Below are positions 52,930-58,823 of a DNA stretch of 58,823 bases, piece by piece. The stretch comes from Meiothermus sp. (lineage in GTDB: Bacteria; Deinococcota; Deinococci; Deinococcales; Thermaceae): NCBI GenBank assembly GCA_040290145.1, contig PSML01000003.1, positions 1-58,823 on the forward strand, in the 5' to 3' direction. Below the pieces are notes generated by a model that was not told where the DNA came from, made no database searches, and saw nothing but the letters and a program-made list of their open reading frames with translations. The translations under genes were made by a program, and so were the position numbers. Within the stretch, counting starts at the first letter, position 1. Every line of letters begins with the position of its first letter.

Positions 52930-53904
52930 ATGAAGCTACTCGACAACTACGGGCGACTCATCAAGGACCTGCGTCTATCGGTCACGCCGCGCTGCAACCT
53001 GCACTGCCTGTACTGCCACCCCCTGGACTGGGAGCAAAGCGAGCCGCCCGGGACCGTCACGGTGGAGGACGTGCGGAACTTTCTCACCGCCATGCGCCTG
53101 TTGGGCCTCGAGTCGGTGCGGTTTACCGGGGGCGAGCCTTTGGTACGCAAGGAGCTGGCCCAGATGATCGAGGCCGCCCGCGAGGTCGGCGTCCCGGATA
53201 TCGCCATCACCACCAACGGGATGCTCTTCAAGCGCAAGGCCAAGGAACTGGTAGCGGCCGGGCTGGGGCGCATGAACCTCTCGATGGACGCGGTGACCCC
53301 CGAGGTCTTCAAGACCATGACCCGAGGCGGGGACGTGCGGCGGGTCTGGGAAGCCATCGAGACGGCCTGGGAGCTGAATTTGCACCCGGTAAAGATCAAC
53401 GCGGTGATGATCCGCGGCATGAACGAGGGGGAGGTGATCCCGCTGGCCTCGCTCTCGCTGGATAAGCCTTTACACGTGCGCTTCCTCGAGTACATGCACC
53501 TCGACAACTCCGACCCCGAACTCTATCGCGCCCGCTTCATCGCCGGGGCCGAGACCAAGGCCAAGATCGAGGCCCACTTTGGCCCCCTACAGAAACTGGA
53601 AACCGACCCCAGCGCCCCGGCCCGGGTCTACCAGATCCCCGGCGCGGTGGGCACGGTGGGCTTTATCAACCCGGTGGCCGAGCCCTTCTGCTCGAACTGC
53701 TCGCGGCTGCGCCTGACCTCGGACAAGAAGATCCGGCCTTGCTTGCTCACCGACCTCGAGCTGGACATCGGCTGGGCCTTCGCCGCGGAGAACCCGGTGG
53801 AGGCCCTGGTCGACGCCATCCTCCTGGCCACCGACCGCAAACCCGCCTTTGGCAACACCCTGCCCAAGCTGCGCGAGCGGGTGATGGTGGGCATTGGCGG
53901 CTAG
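52930..53904 (+). CDS. moaA: GTP 3',8-cyclase MoaA (radical SAM)
   Basis: CNLHCLYC cluster motif with a C-terminal second cluster region. Confidence 0.85.
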   Translation: MKLLDNYGRLIKDLRLSVTPRCNLHCLYCHPLDWEQSEPPGTVTVEDVRNFLTAMRLLGLESVRFTGGEPLVRKELAQMIEAAREVGVPDIAITTNGMLFKRKAKELVAAGLGRMNLSMDAVTPEVFKTMTRGGDVRRVWEAIETAWELNLHPVKINAVMIRGMNEGEVIPLASLSLDKPLHVRFLEYMHLDNSDPELYRARFIAGAETKAKIEAHFGPLQKLETDPSAPARVYQIPGAVGTVGFINPVAEPFCSNCSRLRLTSDKKIRPCLLTDLELDIGWAFAAENPVEALVDAILLATDRKPAFGNTLPKLRERVMVGIGG

Positions 53905-53905
53905 G

Positions 53906-54436
53906 TTAGGCCCCCTTGAAGCGCTCGAGGCAAGCCCTGACCTCCTGCACGGCCCGCTCCCGGCCCTCCCAGCCGGTGACCTTGACCCATTTGCCCTTGT
54001 GGGCCTCGAGCGCCTTGTAGGTCTCGAAGAAGTTCTGGATCTCGGCCTTGGTGGCCTCGGGCACGTCGGAGAGGTCTTGGATGTGATCCCAGCGGGGATC
54101 TTCGGCCACCACGCCCAAAATCTTGGCATCGTCGCCCTTCTCGTCTTGCATGTCCACCATGCCGATGATCCGCACCTCCACCACCACGCCCGGCAGCAGC
54201 GGGTAGGTCGAGAGGATGATCCCGTCCAGGGGGTCGCCGTCCTCCGCCAGGGTCGAGGGGATGAAGCCGTAGTCGCCGGGGTAGAACTGGGCGGTGGGGA
54301 GTACGCGGTCTAGCTTGATGGCCCCTAGGTCGGGGTCGTACTCGTATTTGTTGGTCGAGCCGCGCGGGATCTCGATGACCATGTGCACGACTTGGGGGGC
54401 CTTTTTGCCGACCGGCAGATTCTTGAGGTTGGCCAT
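53906..54436 (-). CDS. ppa: Inorganic pyrophosphatase
   Basis: 176 aa, family I PPase blocks (EIPRGSTNKYEYD, DGDPLD). Confidence 0.85.
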   Translation of the reverse strand: MANLKNLPVGKKAPQVVHMVIEIPRGSTNKYEYDPDLGAIKLDRVLPTAQFYPGDYGFIPSTLAEDGDPLDGIILSTYPLLPGVVVEVRIIGMVDMQDEKGDDAKILGVVAEDPRWDHIQDLSDVPEATKAEIQNFFETYKALEAHKGKWVKVTGWEGRERAVQEVRACLERFKGA

Positions 54437-54575
54437 AGCGGGAGTATTCTAACCGCTCGAGGTGGGGGACTTGTAACCTGCTGAGCGGTGGGGCGGGGTA
54501 GGAGCTGGGCGGTTTCCAACCACCTCCCCACGGATGGGCCGCCCCTTACTCGGTGCAGAAGTTATGGTAACCGTC

Positions 54576-55760
54576 CTAGGGATTCACCTTTTTCCTGAAC
54601 CCCTCGAGCGCCGAATGCACCGCCCCGCCCGGCAGAACCCCCAGCTTGACCAAAGCCCCGCCGCCCTTGGCTCCCAAGGGCTCGAGGACCTCCCTCCAGA
54701 TCATCTGCAGGTCCTCGGGGCGGCTACTGTGCTTGGTCAGGACGAAGCGGGCCCGCTCCTCCCCCGGCGCGACCAACAAAGCCAGCACCCGAGGCCACTC
54801 GGAAAGCCGCTTGCCCACCGCCTCGAGCACCACCGCCGGAACCTGGGCAGAGATGGTGGAGCCGGGGAACTCGGCCAACAGATCGCGCATGACCCGCTCG
54901 GCCAGCTCTTCCTTGAGCGCGTGGTTTTCGCCTTTGAGCCGGAAGTAGTCGTCGCGCAGGTTGTGGATGGGCCTCTCCACTTCCAGGTAGTGCGCGCTAA
55001 ACTTCTCGGCGATGCGGGTGAGGAGGGCGTGCTCCTGGTTGAAGGTCTCGAGCGCCTCCCACCCGGCCATGAAGTAGACCCGGGTCCCGCCCTTGTAGCG
55101 CTCGTACTTCACGATCTTGATCGGCCCGGCCTCGCCGGTGCGGGCTACGTGGGTTCCCCCGCAGGCCACCCTATCCCAGCCCTCGATCTCCACGATGCGA
55201 ATCCGCCCCGAGACCTTGGGGGCCCGTCGCAGGGGGTAGCGGTCCAGCTCAGATTCATCTACCCAGAAAGCCCTGACCGGGGTATTGGCGTAGACCGCCC
55301 AGTTCGCCAGCGCCTCGCCCTGCCGGATGGTGGCCTCGTCGGGCTGGCCGGAGAGGTCGAGGGTGCACACCGGGCCACTCATGTTGACGGCCAGGGTTTC
55401 CCAGCCCGCCGCCCGCCAAAGGGCCTGGGCTAGGGTGTGCTCGGCGGTGTGGCGCTGCATGTGGCGGTAGCGGCGGGTCCAGTCGAGTTGGCCCTCGACC
55501 TCCTGGCCTTCTTCGAGGGGGGCCTCGAGCACGTGGATCACGTGGCCTTTGGCCTTGGCGTCCTCCTTCACGTCGAGAACCCTGGCCCCGCCCAAGGTTC
55601 CGGTGTCGTTGACCTGGCCCCCGGCGGTGGGGTAGAAGAGGGTCTGATCCAAGACCGCGTAGTGCCTTCCGCCCTCGCTCCAGGCCCGCACCACGCGGGC
55701 GGTAAAGCGGCTTTCGTAGGGGAGTTGGTGATACAGACGCACCGCCTTATTATCCCGCAC
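54576..55760 (-). CDS. alaX: AlaX-L type alanyl-tRNA editing protein (Ser/Gly-tRNA(Ala) deacylase)
   Basis: 394 aa with the zinc-binding HTAEHTL...CGGTH editing-domain motifs. Confidence 0.7.
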   Translation of the reverse strand: MRDNKAVRLYHQLPYESRFTARVVRAWSEGGRHYAVLDQTLFYPTAGGQVNDTGTLGGARVLDVKEDAKAKGHVIHVLEAPLEEGQEVEGQLDWTRRYRHMQRHTAEHTLAQALWRAAGWETLAVNMSGPVCTLDLSGQPDEATIRQGEALANWAVYANTPVRAFWVDESELDRYPLRRAPKVSGRIRIVEIEGWDRVACGGTHVARTGEAGPIKIVKYERYKGGTRVYFMAGWEALETFNQEHALLTRIAEKFSAHYLEVERPIHNLRDDYFRLKGENHALKEELAERVMRDLLAEFPGSTISAQVPAVVLEAVGKRLSEWPRVLALLVAPGEERARFVLTKHSSRPEDLQMIWREVLEPLGAKGGGALVKLGVLPGGAVHSALEGFRKKVNP

Positions 55761-55798
55761 GAACCTCGAGCCCGCCCAGGCCCCACCCCCCCTCCTCT

Positions 55799-56958
55799 CT
55801 AAACTTCATCCCCTCCGAGCTGCCCCCGCCCGGCCAACCGGCCGATGAGGGCCGGGGCCAAGAGGGAGAGGGCCGCCAGGATCCACAGGGCGATGGCGAT
55901 GGGGCTCGAGAGGAGAAACCCCACGTCCCCGTTGCTGATGGCCAGGGCCCGGCGCAGGTTGATCTCCATCAGGTAACCCAGCACCAGCCCGAGCAGAACC
56001 GGGGCCAGCGGGAAATCGAACTTGCGCAGCAGGTAGCCCACCAGCCCGAACCCGCTCATCAGCAGGAGGTCGAAGGGGTTGTTGTTGACCGCGTAGACCC
56101 CGATAAGGCTCACCGCCAGCACCGCCGGGAGCAAGAACCAGGCCGGCACCGCCAGCAGCCGCACGAATACCCACACCAGCGGGAGGTTGAGGATCAGCAG
56201 GACCACGTTCCCCACGTACATCGAAGCGATCAGCCCCCAGACGATGTTGGGGTGCTGCTGGAACATCTGCGGCCCCGGCGTGACGCCCAGGCTGCTGAGC
56301 GCCCCCAGCATGATGGCGGTGGTCCCGCTCCCCGGCAATCCCAGGGTGAGCAGGGGGATCATGGCCCCGCCCGCCGCCGCGTTGTTGGCCGACTCGGGGG
56401 CGGCTACCCCGCGCAGGTCGCCCTGCCCCAGACGGCCCCGCCGCCCCAGCCAGCGCTTCTCCACGGTGTAGGCCACGAAGCTCGCGATGCTGGCCCCGGC
56501 CCCCGGCAGCACGCCGATCAGAAAGCCCAGGACGCTCGAGCGCAGGATCGTGGCCAAAGAGCCCAGGAACTCCTTGAGCGAGAGGTAAACCCGCCCCACC
56601 TGGGCCATCACCGGGCCGGTGGCGCTTTTTTCCTCGAGCAGCATCAAGACCTCGCTCACCGCGAAGAGGCCAATCGCCACCACCAGGAAGTCCATGCCGT
56701 CCTCGAGCTGCAAAAAGCCGAAGGTGTAGCGCGAAATCCCCGACTGCGGGTCCTGGCCGACCGTAGCCAGCATCAGCCCGAGGGCGGCAGCTTGAGGGCA
56801 AAGGTGAGGGGGACCAGCAAGGCCACCCCGCTGATCGGTCCGATCCCCGGCAGCACCCCGATCAAGGTGCCCACCAGACAGCCTAAGAAGACCAGGAGCA
56901 AATTGATCGGCTGGAAGGCCACGCCGAAGCCGTGGAGGAGGGCTTGGAGGGTATCCAT
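55799..56958 (-). pseudogene. tctA: Tripartite tricarboxylate transporter large permease TctA with a roughly 100-aa internal deletion plus frameshift
   Basis: The N-terminal 61 aa (MDTLQALLHGF...LTFALKLP) end in a stop. From about 56795 the remainder continues in another frame (..ALGLMLATVGQDPQSGISRYTFGF...), which corresponds to about residue 180 of full-length TctA. The GIYYGGMYGGSTT region is absent. Confidence 0.55.
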
Positions 56959-56969
56959 AGGGGGAGACC

Positions 56970-57401
56970 TTACCCGAAGATTTTCCCCACCGGGAGCGGC
57001 ACGCCGAGGACTCGGGTAAAGAGGAGATAGACCAGCACGCTAAAGAAGAGCCCGCCCGCGGCGGCCTGATCGGGCCGGGCCCCGAACAGCACCGAAAGCA
57101 AGGTCATCTCGAGCGCCGTCGTGACGATGAACCCCAGCGGCACCAGCAAGTAGGCGTAGGCCACCAAGCTCAGCAGCACCAGCCCCAAACGGACCCCGAA
57201 GCCCCGAGCCGGCCAGGCCGGGTCGGGGTCAGGGCGGAGGATCAGCCACAGGCTCGAGGCCCCCATGATCGCCGCGATCAGGTAGGGGAAGGTGCGCGGG
57301 CCCACCGGGTCAGAGAGGAAGCCCACCTCCATGGCCCAGGCCCCGATGGCGTAAGCGGTGCTCAGGATCAGGAGGACGAGGCCCAGGATGCGGTCGGACA
57401 T
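56970..57401 (-). CDS. tctB: Tripartite tricarboxylate transporter small subunit TctB
   Basis: 143 aa with 4 TM helices, between tctC and tctA. Confidence 0.65.
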   Translation of the reverse strand: MSDRILGLVLLILSTAYAIGAWAMEVGFLSDPVGPRTFPYLIAAIMGASSLWLILRPDPDPAWPARGFGVRLGLVLLSLVAYAYLLVPLGFIVTTALEMTLLSVLFGARPDQAAAGGLFFSVLVYLLFTRVLGVPLPVGKIFG

Positions 57402-57405
57402 GCGC

Positions 57406-58389
57406 CTATTTGATCAGCCCGAGTTCCCTCGAGAGGTTCCTAAAGGCATTCACCTGGCGGTCCACGAAGACCTGGAACTCAGCACCCAGCGACAGAAACT
57501 CGCCCAGGCTGTTCTGCTCGCGCACCTTGGCCCACTCCGGCGACTTGGCCACCTTGCGCAGGGCCTGGATCCAGAACTCATAGGCGTTGGCGGGTATACT
57601 CTTGGGCACATAAAAGCCGCGCCAGACGATCCATTCCACGTTGTAGCCGAGTTCTTTTAGGGTCGGGACGTTGGCGTAGGGGGCCGGCAGGCGGCGCGGG
57701 GCCATCACGCCCAGCACCCGCACGGTTCCCCCCTCGACCTGGCCGCGCAGCTCGGAGGCATCCCCGGCGAAGACCTGGATGAAACCGCCCAGCAGCGAGG
57801 TGATGGCCTGCCCACCCCCGTCGAAGGGCACGTACTTGATCGAGCGGGGCTCGAGCCCCGCGGCCCGCCCCAGCAGGAGCACCTTCATGTGGTCCTGGCC
57901 GCCCACCGCGCTGCCACCGCCCACCGCGATCTTGCTGGGGTCGGCTTTCCAGGCCGCGACCAGCTCCTGCATGGTCTTCCAGGGGGCATCGGCCTTGACC
58001 GCGACCAGCCCGAAGTCGGCGGCGATGGCCCCCAGCCAGCGCACGTCGCGCTCGGTGAAGCGGCTATACTGCCCCTGGGCGAGCCGCACGGTAGTGGCCG
58101 GGGAGGCCGCTACGAGCAGGTTGGGGTCGTTGTCGCGCTGGCTCACCACGTTGGCGTAGGCCACCCCACCTCCGCCTCCGGTCAGGTTGGTCACCTTGAA
58201 GGGCTGGGGGACGATCTTAAGCTCGTACATGAGCTGAGTGACCGCCCGGCAGGTGAAGTCCCAGCCGCCCCCGGCCCCGGCGGGGGCGATGCACTCGGGG
58301 TTGCGCGGGGTGAAGCCCTGGGCCAGCCCGAGGCTGAATAAGAGCAAAAGTCCCATCCAAAGCGCACGCTGCATAAGTTGCCTCCCCAT
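57406..58389 (-). CDS. tctC: Tripartite tricarboxylate transporter periplasmic binding protein TctC (Bug family)
   Basis: 327 aa with a signal peptide and the Bug/TctC fold. Confidence 0.75.
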   Translation of the reverse strand: MGRQLMQRALWMGLLLLFSLGLAQGFTPRNPECIAPAGAGGGWDFTCRAVTQLMYELKIVPQPFKVTNLTGGGGGVAYANVVSQRDNDPNLLVAASPATTVRLAQGQYSRFTERDVRWLGAIAADFGLVAVKADAPWKTMQELVAAWKADPSKIAVGGGSAVGGQDHMKVLLLGRAAGLEPRSIKYVPFDGGGQAITSLLGGFIQVFAGDASELRGQVEGGTVRVLGVMAPRRLPAPYANVPTLKELGYNVEWIVWRGFYVPKSIPANAYEFWIQALRKVAKSPEWAKVREQNSLGEFLSLGAEFQVFVDRQVNAFRNLSRELGLIK

Positions 58390-58421
58390 TGAAGGTGCCT
58401 ATAGTTTCACCTGCCGGGGCC

Positions 58422-58823
58422 CTAGGCGTCTTCGCGCCGCCGCCGGCTCTCCAGCATGCGTTGGCGCGAGCGCTCGAGGTGCTCCTCGATCAAGCCGGCG
58501 GCCTCTTGGCCCCGGCCCTGCCGCACCAGCTCGAGCAGCCTCTGGTGGTCCCGGCGGGCCTGGGAACGGCCCTCGGCGGTCATGACCTCCAGGAAGCGTA
58601 CCCGGTAGATGCGCGAGAGGACGATGCCCAGCGCCTCGACCAGGAATCGGTTGCCACAGAGCCGGGCCAGCTCGAGGTGAAAATCGGTGGCCTGGGAGAG
58701 CTCGGCCTCGGGGTCGAGGTCGGCCCCCAGCGCGTCCAGCACCCGAGCCGCTGCCTCGGCCTGGGGCTTTTGCTGGGCGGCCAGGCGCACCGCGGTGGTC
58801 TCCAAGACTTTGCGGAAGGCGAA
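58422..58823 (-). CDS. GntR-family regulator, C-terminal FCD domain (partial; N-terminus beyond the window end)
   Basis: Helical FCD-type ligand-binding domain. The ORF runs off the window edge. Confidence 0.5.
   Translation of the reverse strand, partial: FAFRKVLETTAVRLAAQQKPQAEAAARVLDALGADLDPEAELSQATDFHLELARLCGNRFLVEALGIVLSRIYRVRFLEVMTAEGRSQARRDHQRLLELVRQGRGQEAAGLIEEHLERSRQRMLESRRRREDA

Overview
The window appears to come from a GC-rich (~66%) Deinococcus-Thermus chromosome (Thermaceae, Meiothermus/Thermus-like). It opens with a 23S-5S-tRNA-Gly(GCC) rRNA operon with no 16S, preceded by a consensus promoter and followed by an intrinsic terminator. About 65 protein-coding genes follow; nearly all are housekeeping genes, and adjacent genes very often overlap by 4 nt (ATGA). 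Named genes include dinB, alr, rapZ-yvcK, rlmN, gyrB, folK, folC, hemC, recF, moaA, moeA, ppa, alaX, tctCBA, the lysJ/lysK pair, a RuBisCO-like protein (RLP) with a cupin, a fused moaD-moaE, a DEAD-box helicase, an acyl-CoA dehydrogenase, an alcohol dehydrogenase and a threonine dehydratase. The trp operon (trpE-trpS-trpG...trpD) is interrupted by a vapBC toxin-antitoxin pair and three tandem GT2 glycosyltransferases. The loci that deserve a second look are:
- The trp operon is preceded by a textbook ribosome-mediated attenuator (leader peptide MVRTFTAWGWWWPS plus terminator).
- A similar promoter, Arg-rich uORF and terminator arrangement sits just upstream of lysJ (argD homolog).
- A six-gene minus-strand operon (GGDEF cyclase, SPFH, Arc repressor, CPBP protease, ABC transporter) is headed by a perfect 20-bp AT palindrome over its promoter.
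- An orphan DUF692/MNIO enzyme and an orphan Brp/Blh carotene dioxygenase homolog are present.
- A 39-bp repeat occurs as an in-frame tandem pair inside moeA and as an inverted copy at the deletion junction of a gutted alpha/beta hydrolase.
- Several genes are decayed or frameshifted (ABC ATPase, tctA, a dienelactone-hydrolase fragment).
- Many genes seem to be leaderless, with a TAnAnT hexamer 6-10 nt upstream of a GTG/ATG start.
No CRISPR array, IS element or prophage was seen.
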